From Octopus vulgaris (lineage: Eukaryota): a stretch of 64,000 bases of DNA. The position numbers and the translations under genes are program-made. Of this stretch, positions 25,455-39,451 are shown in pieces. The DNA is taken from NCBI GenBank assembly GCA_951406725.2, contig OX597817.1:1860001-1924000 (forward strand), written 5' to 3'. Every line of letters begins with the position of its first letter. Position 1 is the first letter of the stretch. The notes under the pieces were generated by a model. The model was not told the DNA's origin. It worked only from the letters and a program-made list of their open reading frames with translations, and did not search any database.

Positions 25455-25726
25455 TTATAGAACGTAAAGAAAACGTTGTTGTAGGAGTGCACACGGCACG
25501 TGTACTGCAGCATTACTATGCGTAGCTTAAACATTGGGATTGAAAAGCAGGGGTGAATTATGCCTACCTAATTTACAAAAAAATAAAGTATTTTGCATTT
25601 TATGCATAGTAATCAGAGTAGCCTTCATAATTTTATTGAATTAGGTGCATATTTTGCCATAAAAGGAAAATGTTGCTATCGATCTATTTTATTCAAGATA
25701 GGCACTGCCTACCTAGACGGCACGTC

Positions 25727-25822
<96 letters not shown>

Positions 25823-25929
25823 TTGTATTGACCAGATTATCGAATGCTATTGTATACCGATGAGCACAATGCACTTCCTCTCAATGCTGTAGCTTTCGAA
25901 TGATGCCAAACCGCTGGCTCGGTGGGAAG

Positions 25930-26100
25930 TCCAACATTATCCTTAAACAGAACATCCGTCTGCTGCAGTGTTATCCATTTATGTATGGCTGAGGGAACCG
26001 GGGCAACGTGAGATGAAGTGTTCAGTTCAAGAACACAACGCCCCACCGGTCTGGAAATCGAAACAACAATCTCATGATCGCAACCTCTACGCTACGCACC
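25930..26100 (-). mobile_element. Decayed CORE-like tRNA SINE
   Basis: Reverse complement GTTTCGATTTCCAGACCGG..GCGTTGTGTTCTTGAACTGAACACTTCATCTCACGTTGCCCCGG resembles the copy at 49857. Confidence 0.65.
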
Positions 26101-26132
26101 TTCACATACGCACACACGCACGCACACACACG

Positions 26133-26170
<38 letters not shown>

Positions 26171-26639
26171 TATAGACTTCTTCCATCGAGAATGAGATAT
26201 GGGCAGCTGTTTGTTTGATCAACTAGATGAGCATATGATGACGATGATGATGATGATAATATTACAGAGAGAGAGAGAGAGAAGGAGAGAGAGAGTGAGA
26301 ATGAGAAAGAGAGAGAGGGAGAAGGAAAGAGAAATTGAACTCAGAGAAATGTCCGAAGTAGGCCAATTGTATAAATCTAGATAATTCAAAATAATACGAA
26401 ATTATATATTTGGTTGTTTAAAATTACTCTCGTCAAATATTTCCGAAACTACAGTACATCATCACTCACTGAGTTACACACACTCACACACGCGCGCGCG
26501 CGCGTATGTATGTTCTGTTCCTAACCTAGATCCAAAGCTCCTTCATTGGAATTTCAACAACTGGGTATTTTTGTATGTATGTACTGTGTTTTGTGTTATG
26601 TATGTATTCTCCTGCATATTGTCGCATATCTAGACATGC

Positions 26640-26960
26640 TCGTATATATTTAAATGATAAACTTCTGGAAAGTTTTACAGATTTTTACAGTTCCAGTGAT
26701 AGATTGGACTTGTAGCCTTCGAATTAGCTTTCTCTTTTCTGGTTTTGAGAAGCTTAATTTCTCTGATGATGCGTTGCAATAAAATCTTGCGACTTGTTTG
26801 GGAATGTAATCTAGGTTATCAGACAAAGAACGTTGCTCAAAGAGCTGCCTTCCAAGTCTAATGATGTTATCAGCCTCATCTATGCAAACTTGGTCAAGGG
26901 ATGCACTTCGACATTTGGTGGTTAAAAGATGTTGCCAAAGTCATATGATACGACATTCAA
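26640..26960 (-). mobile_element. 3' end fragment of an RLE-type (R4/Dong-like) non-LTR retrotransposon
   Basis: Minus-strand translation ends ...EKLSFSKPEKRKLIRRLQVQSITGTVKICKTFQKF*, resembling the LQ...L.GT.KI C-terminus of R4-clade ORFs (recognised from memory). Confidence 0.55.
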
Positions 26961-27000
26961 AGGCATGTATGTATGTATGTATGCATGTAAAGTGTGCATA

Positions 27001-27162
27001 GGCGTAGGAATGGCTATGTGGTAAGTAGCTTGCTTACGAACCACATGGTTCCGGGTTCAGTCCCACTGCGTGACACCTTGGGCAAGTGTCTTCTACTATA
27101 GCCTCGGGCCGACCAAAGCCTTGTGAGTGGATTTGGTAGACGGAAACTGAAAGACGCCCGTC

Positions 27163-27210
<48 letters not shown>

Positions 27211-27445
27211 GTGTATGTGCGTATATGTCTGTGTATCTGTGTTTGTCTCCCCCCCCCCCCAACATCGCTTGACAACCGATGCTGGTGTGCTTACGTCCTC
27301 GTAACTTGGCAGTTCGGCAAAAGAGATCGATAGAATAAGTACTAGGCTTACAAAGAATAAGTCCCGGGGTCGATTTGCTCGACTAAAGGCGGTGCTCCAG
27401 TATGGCCACAGTCAAATGACTGAAACAAGTAAAAGAGTAAAAGAG
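27001..27445 (+). mobile_element. SINE family A
   Basis: Full-length copy with internal (AT)n. Confidence 0.92.
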
Positions 27446-27991
27446 TATATCAATAACAATCTTACTAAGCCTACTTACATTTGGTTTGAACGGCCATATT
27501 AGTCTAACAGTTGGATCACTATGAAAATTAATCTTGTGCTCTTTGAGGGTAATTCTAGAATTAGGATGCACGCTTTGGAATTAGCTTCTAACCATTGTTT
27601 GCTCACTATTTCAAGACAATTCCTATTTATGTTAATGAATGTTGTGCTAGCTGCATCCCTCAAATTTGCAACATAATTCCTTCATGATCAGCTTCTTATG
27701 GTGTAGTATTAACATTATATACGCATACACACACACACATACATATATCTATATGTGTTTATACATAGACATATAGATATTTATATATACATACATACAT
27801 ATATGCACACACACACGAAAAAATACATATACATATGTGTGCGTGATGTCTTGCAAACAACTTGCACATGCAAGTGCTACCAGTTAAAAGCTCCGTATAC
27901 CGGAAGCAGGCAAGTGTATACATATTTATAAATATATATATATATATATACGTTTGTGTGTATACACATATACATATATATGTATACATGC

Positions 27992-28042
<51 letters not shown>

Positions 28043-28164
28043 TATGTATATATACAGATATGCATATGTACATATATTTATGTATATGTTTATACACATT
28101 GTATGTTTGCGTGTATATAGGAAAGTGAATATGTGTGTAATGTGTGTGTGAGAGAGAGAGAGGG

Positions 28165-28200
<36 letters not shown>

Positions 28201-28216
28201 TGTGAGAGAGAAAGAG

Positions 28217-28257
<41 letters not shown>

Positions 28258-28854
28258 CAAAAATACATATAATTTTCAGGTTAACAGGTTTATGATATCA
28301 GTTCACTGGCAAAGATATCTGTAATGCAGAGATGTAATTGATAATACGCTTCTTCCATGTTATATTCCATTAGCGCATAAACAAGAACATATCAACTGTG
28401 ATATACGAATGACGATTCAGAAACAAAACACATGGCCACGCGGTAATAAACCCATGCATGTCTCTAAACACCACATAAACGCAAACACGCGCACGCACGC
28501 TTAAACACGTAGAAACTTATTAGGAAGAAGCGTAAACATAACAGTTTTATAGTCGTTACACATCTATTGCGGTGTGTCTATGTGTAAATGCGGTGTGTAT
28601 GTAAGTGTGTTGTGAGTGGCGGAGGTATGAGAAAGCGTGCTTAAAAGAGAAAGAAATGAGATGTATGTATGTATGTATGTATGTATGTATGTATGTATGT
28701 ATGTATGTATGTGTGTATGTGTGTATGTGTGTGTGCGTGTGTGTGTGTTTGTATGTATGTATTTGTATATATATATGTGTTTGAAGGTATATGTGTATCT
28801 GTGTTAGAAAGAAAGGTATTTGAGATTAAGCGAGAGAGAGAGAGAGAGAGAGAG

Positions 28855-28893
<39 letters not shown>

Positions 28894-28912
28894 TTGTGTA
28901 TATGCATCTATG

Positions 28913-29014
28913 TGTGTGTCAGCTAAATGTGTGTGTGTGTGTCGGCTAAATGTGTGTGTGTGTCGGCTAAATGTGTGTGTGTGTCGGCTAAATGTGTGTG
29001 TGTGTGTCGGCTAA

Positions 29015-29016
<2 letters not shown>
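28913..29016. repeat. Minisatellite, about 5 copies of a ~20-bp unit, (GT)n-CGGCTAAAT
   Basis: Directly visible. Confidence 0.85.
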
Positions 29017-29060
<44 letters not shown>

Positions 29061-29396
29061 CTGTGTGCGTGTGTTTATTTGAGATATTGCAGAGCTGCGC
29101 CTGTTTTCGCGCCAGTCAGCTTCAATAAAATGTTATATTGACAACTAACAATAAAAAATATAAACACCCACTCACGCTGTATGAAGAGTAGGTGGAGGTA
29201 AGGCGATTAGTTACTTGGTTAAATAAATACATGGCATATTATTGTACTCCACATCCCCTCTGTTTCTTTGTATATCTGTCTGTCTGTCTGTCTGTCTGTT
29301 TCTGGTTAGGTAACTACAACATTAAATCTACACCATGGTTTCAAGTAAGTTTCTAAGTTGATATTAGCGATCCTCAGAAAAGTGAAGCTGTAATTA

Positions 29397-29641
29397 ATAC
29401 ATACATACATACATACATACATACACACATACATACATACATACATACATACATACACACATACATACATTCACACATGCATACATACATACATACATAC
29501 ATACACAATACGTACTTACGTACATACATACATACATACATACATACGTACATACATACATACGTACGTACATACATACATACATACATACATACATACA
29601 TACATACATACATACATACATACATACATACATACATACAT

Positions 29642-29676
<35 letters not shown>

Positions 29677-29710
29677 TACATACACACACACACATACATA
29701 CATACATACA

Positions 29711-29740
<30 letters not shown>
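29397..29740. repeat. (ACAT)n tetranucleotide microsatellite block
   Basis: Directly visible. Confidence 0.95.
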
Positions 29741-29741
<1 letters not shown>

Positions 29742-29829
29742 GTGTGTGCGTGTGTGAGTGTATTTTAAATGAATAATTAAAATTTCCTGTAAGAACAGGA
29801 GACAACTCCGGCCATATATTGCTCTTGTT

Positions 29830-30520
29830 CTGAGTCATCAGTGGTGTCCAGGGAGTGAGGCCCTGTTTCGGGAGTTCCAGGGTTTTAAGAGAGTAGAACC
29901 ACCTCTTAGTCACTATTTTCCCAAGTATGCTCTGACCCGGAGTAGTAGCACCTGTAAGGGTTCCAGTTACAGGTTAATTAGCAAATCCGTCCGGTAGATG
30001 ATGCTTGTTAGCCGATTGGGAGACGAGTCAATCTATCTAAGGGAAGGAAAACCCTGATTCCAAATCGTCGCTACCTTAGAAACAAACCAAGCCATGACTA
30101 TGGTTTCGGGAGTAAACCCTGATAAAAAGACCGGGAGTCGGTGCCCCCAAGGTAGTTTGACGTTGTCTACAACCCCGTTTTGGAACCCCTACGTCGATAT
30201 TTGTGCCAAATTGTAATGGCTGTGCTGCTCCTTTATATCCATCAATGATGTAGAGAGTGGGGAGATGTTGCAGAGTGAACCACCTGTCCTTCATTCCACA
30301 CTGTTCAGGTTTGAGTTCTATCAAAAATCCTATACTGGAGAGACAGAGCCGGTCATGAATCCACAGAAAAGAATACTGCTATTCAAACGGCACTGAAACA
30401 GCCGACAAGTGCAGCTCGTATGGCACAGACTGTCATCTACGCATCGGACTTTTCAACCATAGACAACGCTGTTCCAGTAGGGCGAACACTTAAGATCATT
30501 TAATGATAGACGAACGTCTC
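29830..30520 (+). mobile_element. RTE-clade LINE-derived fragments (5'UTR-like region plus 3' terminal zinc-knuckle)
   Basis: 30410-30475 translates to CSSYGTDCHLRIGLFNHRQRCS (cf. RTE/BovB C..C.R.C.SRIGL.SH.R.C). Upstream AGGGAAGGAAAACCCTGATTCCAAA resembles RTE-type 5' UTRs (less certain). Confidence 0.6.
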
Positions 30521-30694
30521 AACTTAGTGGTTCATAATCATAATACATGATTTGCTGAAACGTATTTGTTGTATCATATATAATGGATGTCATACAAATG
30601 GCCGAAAACTGCAGAGAGAATTAAGAGAATCACATGAATATTGGGAAATATGTATTTAGGTGATTATATCTCTGCCAGAACTGGTCGTCCTTAG

Positions 30695-31115
30695 GGCGGC
30701 GAGCTGGCAGAAACGTTAGCACGCCGGGCGAAATGCTTAGCGGAATTTCGTCTGCCGTTACGTTCTGAGTTCAAATTCCGCCGAGGTCGACTTTGCCCTT
30801 CATCCCTTCGGGGTCGATAAATTAAGTACCAGTTACGCACTGAGGTCGATGTAATCGACTTAATCCCTTTGTCTGTCTTTGTTTGTCCCCTATATGTTTA
30901 GCCCCTTGTGGGCAATAAAGAAATGCTTAGCGGTATTTCGTCTGCCGTTACGTTCTGAGTTCAAATTCCGCCGAGGTCGACTTTGCCCTTCATCCTTTCG
31001 GGGTCGATAAATTAAGTACCAGTTACGCACTGGGGTCGATGTAATCGACTTAATCCCTTTGTCTGTCTTTGTTTGTCCCCTCTATGTTTAGGCCCTTGTG
31101 GGCATTAAAGAAATA
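30695..31115 (+). mobile_element. SINE family B, tandem dimer
   Basis: Two units. 16-bp TSD AGAACTGGTCGTCCTT at 30677-30692 and 31116-31131. Confidence 0.93.
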
Positions 31116-31687
31116 AGAACTGGTCGTCCTTTTATTGACACTCGAAAGAACGAAACTCGAAATCGCTCCTGTCAAGATTTGAACTGAAAATGTAAAGCTA
31201 CATATAAGAAAATACTGGCCTCGTGTTTCACCTATATTGCCACCCTGTTGCGCTTGAAAGTGCAACACATACATACTACACACACGTGTGTTTATTATAT
31301 AAATCTATATAGAGGAAAAGAAACACACGCATGCATCATGTGTGTGTGTGTGTGTGTGTGTGTGAATATGTATACCCACACGTACACACATACCCACGTT
31401 ACACACACGTAATATATTGGTATATGTTGACATGTACCTGATGGCTTACACTACAAAATGGAGTTGTTCCTGCTTAGGGCTGTGTGTCTATAGTATAATA
31501 TGCTTATGTTTATAGCTAAAATGTATGTGTATACGTATGGGTGGGTGTATTTACATGTACTACAATTTGCATTGTTTTCATGTATATAACGGGACCATAT
31601 GTTTACATAGACTTGTTTCAGCAATTTCGGTATCTTGTGTATGTCTATGTGTAAATATGTTTCCATGTGTGTGTGTGTGTGTGTGTA

Positions 31688-31740
<53 letters not shown>

Positions 31741-32272
31741 CATATGCAGAACACTCTTACTTGTTAAGTATTGAGGTCATTGTTGTGGGTGTTTTTGCTT
31801 AGTCCCAGGTCAGTACTAATGGAACAGAACTATGATCAAAAGCGTTCCAGCCTTGACTAACACGTCTGTTTTCCTAGGCACAGTTAACCAACAACGTGTG
31901 AGTCTTCTTCTTGTTAGTGTTATCATTAAGACGATAGTGAGTGATTCAAGACACGGCTGCTCTTTCCTGGAGGTGAAGCAGCCGAGCTTTCTCGATATTT
32001 TGTGTTATTTTTCACATAGGCGATCCACACGGATCTCCAGAAAATCTTTATGCATCCGTATTGCTGGATGTTAACTAAAATTAATTAGTTGAAAAGTAAA
32101 TCAAATCAACAACAGTTGTTAATTTCTGGTAAATGAAAAAAAAATCATCCGTACTAATTAGTTAACCTCGTTAGTTTTCCTCAGTATCTTTGCTTTATCA
32201 TATGTTTCGTTTGCTTCACTTTCTGACCCATCTTCGGGATATCCGGTTCCTACTTTAATCAGTAACACCCTC

Positions 32273-32333
<61 letters not shown>

Positions 32334-32454
32334 TATATATATACGGAGATGTACTTGCATAGCAAGTGACTTGATCTGAGATCGTGTGCTGGAACGTGTT
32401 TATAAGCCATTTAAGAAACACACACACATATATATATGTAAAATATATACACAC

Positions 32455-32517
<63 letters not shown>

Positions 32518-32879
32518 GAGAGAGAGAGAGAGAGGAAGAGAGGGAGGAAGAGAGTGGAGGAGGAACAGAGAGAGAGGAGGAAGAGAGTGGAGGAGGAACA
32601 GAGAGAGAGGAGGAAGAGAGAGGAGGAGGAACAGAGAGAGAGTAAGGCAGATGATGGAGTAGTACGAACAACACAGCAGCGAATTAAATACTTAACTGTG
32701 CTAGTTTTTTTTTTTACTTTCTGTTTTATATTTTTTATTGCAAATAATATTGGATTTTTAAATTGAGCGTTTTATTCTAACATTATCAGTAATGCCCTTA
32801 GCGCCGATAAAACAGTGCATTAGGAATTTTATACATTATGTGTGTGTGTATCGATTAATATATATATATATATATATTT

Positions 32880-33185
32880 ATAAATATAATATGTGAAAAT
32901 TATTCGCAAAAACTGTCTGATGAACATGATAAAACTCCGTGTTTCGGATTTGAGTACTCTTTTTCCACCTTGGTGTTTACTCGGAAAAATTATGTAGCCA
33001 TGCCGCCGGATCTCTCTTCAGTTATCCGGATAACTGAAGAGATGGCGGCGTGAGTTTCCGGCCCGACATTCGTAACTCGGAGTTTTATCATGGCCACCGA
33101 ATAAGTGTCACATATTATATTTACAGATTAATTCCTCTGTTTACATAATATCGAGGTCTCTTTCAGTCTTTTGTTGTCTTACCAT

Positions 33186-33190
<5 letters not shown>
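32880..33190 (+). mobile_element. Penelope-like pLTR remnant with central palindrome and degenerate hammerhead, flanked by (AT)n
   Basis: Perfect 30-bp palindrome 33013-33042. Outer inverted match CATGATAAAACTCCG (32925-32939) / CGGAGTTTTATCATG (33078-33092). Reads GATAA-CTGAAGA...GTAAC-TCGGA-GTT-TTATC. Confidence 0.6.
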
Positions 33191-33249
<59 letters not shown>

Positions 33250-34502
33250 AGAGAGAGAGAGGGGGCAGAGACAGAGACAGACAGACAGGCGGACAGAGAG
33301 GGTGGGGCTTAAAGTAATTTATTTGTATTAGTAATCACAATTAAATTTCATGTCAGAAAACACTCTTTCAAAGTTGAATTTCCTGTGCCTATATATCTTT
33401 ATTTTTATTTTATTCTCCTGGCCTTATGTTACCGAGACGTACTTCATTTCTCTTATGGAACAAGGTGGAAATTTCTGCTCACTCGTACGAGTGACAAAAT
33501 TTTTCACATCCGATTTTGCGTCTTTAAAAAAGGAAAGACGCGTTAAAAATGTACTCCTTGATACACTATGATGAAAGGCAAGAAAGCCTTTGACTATATG
33601 CCTTCTCGATCAGGGCTAACCCAGGAATAAACACAGACAAATCCGTGTATTTTGTTTTTTTTTATTCATTTTACATTTAATTCTATGCATTTTCGTCTTG
33701 TACGGATGTACATATATACAAACTGATCTACCAAACACTTGAGTCGAGAAGCATTCATCGATAAAACACGTTCATTGAATGCATATTGATCAAAAAATAA
33801 ATTGGCCGGAAGAAGAACTGATCGACTGCATATTATTCGGGGAAATAGTGAAATAAAAGTTTGAAATTTTAGCAGTTTTCAAAGAAATAATTTAAATGAT
33901 TTAATAAAAAAAAGTATAATGCAATGATTTATTGATATCAGAATCAACTGTGGTGTTTTTGAAGTCCTAAACTTTCGAAATTATTAATATATAAATCAGA
34001 ATTAACGGATTATATATAATCTACGTCGGGTTAAGGAAGTTATTTATGATACCAATAAAATATGAATATTCCCATCACATAATCGTTAGTGTTCTTCAGA
34101 AGATATGCAGGATAAACAATAATTCAAGAAACCAACGCTTAAGCTGTCGTTGAAGTACTAGAAACCATTGAATTGCTCAAAGACGATGGAAGTGGGCGGG
34201 GGGCGAATTTGAACTTGTAGAGCATGAAACAAAGATTGTAGCACTAACTTGCATTCCTTTAGCTTCTGGAATCAAATCACGGCCAAGTTAACTTTACTTG
34301 TCATCCTTCATGAATTAATAAAGTAAGTACCAGTCAAATTATAGGGTACTTCTAATCCGCTATATTCCGCCCATAAATGTTGTGATTTTGTACCTCACAT
34401 TGGTTTTACTATTAAAGAACTTAGAGTACATAATGCCTGTACTTTTAAAGTTTGTCTGAATTCCTGAGACAAAGAATTATCATTATTATGCACTGACATG
34501 AA

Positions 34503-34644
34503 GGCGGCGAGCTGGCAGAAACGTTAGCGCGCCGGGCGAAATGCGTAGCCTTATTTCGTCTTCTGTTACGTTCTGAGTTCAAATTCCGATGTAATCGATT
34601 CAATCCCCTTCCCCAAGCTACCCTTGTGGCGAGAATTTGAAATC
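34503..34644 (+). mobile_element. SINE family B, internally deleted
   Basis: Head intact, core missing. Flanking direct repeat TTATTATGCACTG(A/G)CAT. Confidence 0.8.
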
Positions 34645-34820
34645 GTTATTATGCACTGGCATATTCCGACTTATGTCTTCATCTTCGTTATTATAATCAC
34701 AACATTTCGGCTGTTGTATTGCCTCCCATCTTCATGTGCCTCTCGTAGAACAATAACTAATAGGAGAATATCACTTATTTGGATAACACATTGTGAGATA
34801 ACTATTCTACTGATTTAATA

Positions 34821-36112
34821 CGAGGGGCGTTCAATAAGTAATGCCTCTGACCCACTTGCAGTTGTTTGATCTAGCTGAAATTTTGCATGTGCAATTATTT
34901 ATATCTCTATAGATGAAGTGGTAAATTACAGCTCTGAACTAATTGTGGTTTCTGATTTACAGGTGTTTGAACTGAGTCAAGTGTGAAATGGAGCCTGTTG
35001 AGTGTCGAGCAGTAATCCGCTTTTTATATTTGAAAGGACGCACACCACGGGAAACTTTTGATGAAATGAAAGTAACTTGTGGTGATGATGCCCCATCATA
35101 TGACCTTGTAAAACGCTGGCATTGTGAATTCAAACATGGTCGGAACTCTGTGGAAACAGCTCCCAGATCTGGTCGCCCCCTACTGCTATTGATGAGGCAT
35201 CTGTCCATCAAGTTGAGGCTGCCATTTTGGAAGATCGACGCATAACTATTCGGCAAATAGCCCATGAGGTCAAGATTAGTACCGGGTCTGTAGAAACCAA
35301 TCATTCATGACCATTTGCATATGCAAAAGGTGTCTGCCAGATGGATTCCCAGGTTGCTCACACCTTTCCGGAAGCAAGAATGCGTTGTGTGCTCGAGGAT
35401 GAATTTGGAGATGTGCCAAGAAGATGAGTCAATATTTTTCAAAAGACTGATTACACAGGATGAAACCTGGGTCCATCACTATGATCCAGAGACAAAAGCC
35501 CAGTCAATGCAGTGGAAGCACCGTGACTCACCTCCTCCAAAGAAGGCAAGGGTGCAGCCCTCCACTAGCAAGGTCATGCTCATAGTCTTCTGGGACCAGG
35601 ACGGAGTAGTGATGACAGATTTCCTGGCAAAGGGTACCACAATTACAGGAGCCTATTATGCTTCACTTTTGATGAAATTAAGAGAAGCTATCAAAATCAA
35701 GAGGCGGGGCAAGATCAGCAAAGGCATCCTCCTCCTGCAGGACAACGCTCCGGTCCACAACTCGATGGTCGCCAGATCAGAAGCACAGGCGTGCGGCTAT
35801 GAACTCCTCCCCCATGCCCCTACTCTCTTGACCTTGCACCCTCGGATTTTCACCTCTTCCCAGCCATGAAATTGTTTTTGAAAGGAAAGCGTTTCCCAGA
35901 TGATGCAGCCTTGATTTCTGACGTCACGTCGTGGTTGGAGGACCAAGCTGGGGTCTTCTACAAAAACGGTCTCCAGCGCTGCATCAAACGATGGTAGAAA
36001 TGAATAACTCTGGGTGGTTTCTATGTAGAAAAAGACCAATAACTGTGCCAAGTTTCGTTGCTCTACTTCTATGGGAAGTGGGTCAGGGGCATTACTTATT
36101 GAACGCCCCTCG
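34821..36112 (+). mobile_element. Full-length mariner (DD34D) DNA transposon, 1292 bp
   Basis: ~37-bp TIRs CGAGGGGCGTTCAATAAGTAATGCC(T/C)CTGACCCACTT, TA duplication on both sides, transposase inside. Confidence 0.97.
34988..36042 (+). pseudogene. Mariner transposase pseudogene (frameshifts and premature stops)
   Basis: HTH region, WIPRLL, ITQDETWVHHYDPETK, LLLQDNAPVH and HAPYS.DLAPSDFHLF are spread over several reading frames. Confidence 0.95.
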
Positions 36113-36421
36113 TAAATGTTTCAGTATTTGAAATTCAAATTTCCGCTTTGTGTCCAGAAAAGAAAGATCAACAAGTTCAAATTTCATTAAAAGGCTCTGT
36201 TATTCCTTTCTGGCCGCGGAAACAACAATAACTTATAATTCTTTATGCTATGTGCATACTGGCACAGAACAAAATTAATTTGCATAACTGAACAAGCGTT
36301 GGAAACGTGACTTAATAAAATTATTACAGGGTGTTTAAAACAGGTGGAAATGTGAGTCAGAAACTCGAAATTGGCTATTTCAGTTTCATTTTATCTAGCC
36401 GTAGAGGGAAAACATATACAT

Positions 36422-36796
36422 GGCGCAGGAGTGGCTGTGTGGTAAGTAGCTTGCTTACCAACAACATGGTTCCAGGTTCAGTCCCACTACGTGGCACCTT
36501 GGGCAAGTGTCTTCTACTATAGCCTCGGGCCGACCAAAGCCTTGTTAGTGGATTTAGTAGATGGAAACTGAAAGAAGCTCGTTGTATATATGTATGTATA
36601 TATAAGTGTGTGTGTATATGTTTGTGTGTCTGTGTTTGTCCCCCCAATATCGCTTGACAACCGATGCTGGTGTGTTTACGTCCCCCGGCAAAAGAGACCG
36701 ATAGAATAAGTCCTAGGGTCGATTTGCCTGGCGGTGCTACAGTATGGCCGAAGTCCAATGATTGAAACAAGTAAAAGAGAAAGAGTATAAAAGAGT
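36422..36796 (+). mobile_element. SINE family A (internal deletions)
   Basis: Same head, body and tail as 5081-5537. Confidence 0.9.
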
Positions 36797-37074
36797 ATGG
36801 TTGAACCCCGGTGTCTATCTTTTCACCCAAAACTCTAAATGCTTGCTTACTAATACATGCATCTTAGTTAGCCGTACATTTTCTCTACTTATCTCAATTT
36901 ACTTGTAGTGCTTCAATTAATTCATTCACGTTGTCAGCGCATGCACTGTTATGCATATTAGCCAAACTATTTTATTTCCTCCTCCTCCTCCTCCTCCTCC
37001 TCCAATAACGATGATGAGCGTGTGCATGCGTTTATATGTTTGTACGTGTTTATATATGTGTATATATATATATA

Positions 37075-37305
37075 GCCGCGAGCTGGCAGAAACGTTAGCA
37101 CGCCGGGCGTAATGCATAGCGGTATTTCGTCTACCGCTACGTTCTGAGTTCAAATTCCGCCGAGGTCGACTTTGCCTTTCATCCTTTCGGGGTCGATAAA
37201 TTAAGTACCAGTTACGGACTGGGGGTCGATGTAATTGACTTAATCCGTTTGTCTGTCCTTGTTTGTCCCCTCTGTGTTTAGCCCCTTGTGGGTAGTAAAG
37301 AAATA
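37075..37305 (+). mobile_element. SINE family B monomer
   Basis: Complete head, core and tail ending GTAAAGAAATA. Confidence 0.92.
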
Positions 37306-37699
37306 TATATATATATGTGTGTGTGCGCGCTGGTGTTTGTGTATAAATGTGCTACGTAGATTTGCACATATGTGTGTACAAACACGCACGCCACACATAT
37401 ATACATAGACCCATAGATTCCCCGCAGTTTCATTGCAATTTTAAAAACTTGTATATGGCGTTATTTTACTTATTCAAGTGCATTCCTCTGAGTGAATTAC
37501 ACACGTGTGTACGTACAGAGTGTCTGTATAAACGTACAGTTTTAGGTGTGTTTCATGAGGGCTTTAGTAGTTTTGTGCAGGCAGTTTGTTTATAAGTATG
37601 TGTACACATACATAGGACTGTTTATTAGTAAAATCGTGTTTGTTATTCTCTTTGTGTACATGGGTGCATTTGTGAGTGCTTGTGTGTGTTTGTGAGTGC

Positions 37700-37732
<33 letters not shown>

Positions 37733-39249
37733 TGTGTGTGAGTTTATATATTATGTCAGTGTTTATACGTACTTTGTGAGTGTTTACATTAACCTGTCTT
37801 TGTATGTACCTTCTTGGCTTTACATGCTGTGTGTATATGGGAATGTGTCGTGTATGTGTGTTGGGGGGAGGGGGGTTGCGCACGCGCGCTGTATTTGTGT
37901 GGGGGCGTTTGAGAGTTCATAAGAATCAAATATTTTTAGTTTTGTTTGCGATTGTTGTCGTTCGTTTTGTGTTTATGCGTGTTTATCTGTGTGTATGTGT
38001 GTGTGTGTGTGTGCTTGTGTATGAAAGTTAATGCGATGTATATGTTGATATGTGAGTGCGTGGTTTATATACCTTTGTGTGTATGTATATGTTAACGCTC
38101 ATGTGTGTGTATCGGTATGGATATGTATGTGTGAACTTGTGTGCGTGAGAATGTGTGTATGTGTGTATATGCCTGTGTGTGTGTTTGAGTATGCGTTCAT
38201 GTGTGTGTGTGTGTGTATGCAAGTCCATCCGTGCGTGCGTGCGTATGTGTATATTTGTACTTTGTGTGCGAATCGTCACCCTAACTACTATAGAAAAACA
38301 AAAGTGTGTCGTTAACAAAGAATACAAAAATCACAGTGCAAGACCATGCTACAGCAACATTTCGTAACACCACACCGAAGCAACGTATTACATCACCATT
38401 ATACACTCCCACGATGTTATAAAACCACTTTTACCGCATTACTCAACTATGGTTGACCCCACTGTGTGATACCAATTGACTCCGGCATATATTGAACTCG
38501 GAATATAGAATTTCAAACCTAAAAACTTCAGATCATTTAATCTGGCACCCTACTTACTATTTCTCAGGCTCTACCCACCCCAACGTGTTACAACTATTGG
38601 GCGACACTCGGGATATCCGTGGATTAAAATGTTATCTGACCGTCAGTATCAGATGAGTGGTGCTATTGCTCTGTCATACGGCCAAGACCCATCTCTTTCA
38701 GATATGGCCCGATTCACTTAGCTGTTACTAAACACCACAGTAGCTAACTAGAACGTTGAATTAACTCATCAAACAGAAGAAATAACAGTTATGTCTCCCT
38801 CAAATCACACGCTATCACTCTGAAGAAAAAAACCTAGGTAACATTAGGCAATGTAGTCCAAGACATACAAAATGACAAGGTAGACGCAACAATGAAATGT
38901 GTCCACCCTGTCAGATATTTTCCGAGCTGAGATAACACCGAGAGGGAGCTGGTAAGTGTTGGCATTCAACAGCAATAACGGTGACGATTACAAGAATAAC
39001 ACCAACGACAGATCCTGGGGGCTTGTATGTGTTTATTCGATTTGCTAGAAATAATAAATATATCTCCCTTAAATCCTATCCTACCGTCTTTAAATTAACC
39101 AACGACACGTTGGTTAATGTAGTTCTCAGTCCATCTGCAGACAGCAATAAGATAGGTTGATCATGGCTTCAACACTAATGATCCTATAAAATATATAACC
39201 TTGCTTCTGAGTTAGAAACAAGCAATGATATACGATATTGGTTACAAAT

Positions 39250-39451
39250 TTTGGCACAAGGCCAGCCAGTTCGAGACAGGGGAGAAGCCGATTACATCGA
39301 TCCCAGTGTTCAACTAGTTCTCATTTTTATCGATACCGAAAGGATGAAAGGCAAAGTCGACTTCAGCGGAATTTGAACTCAGAACGTAAAGATTGACGAA
39401 ATGCCGCCAAGCATTTTGCCCGGCATGCTAACGATTCTGACAGCTCGTCAC
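39250..39451 (-). mobile_element. SINE family B (older copy, alternative tail)
   Basis: Reverse-complement core GAAAGGATGAAAGGCAAAGTCGAC...ATTTGAACTCAGAACG. Confidence 0.8.
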
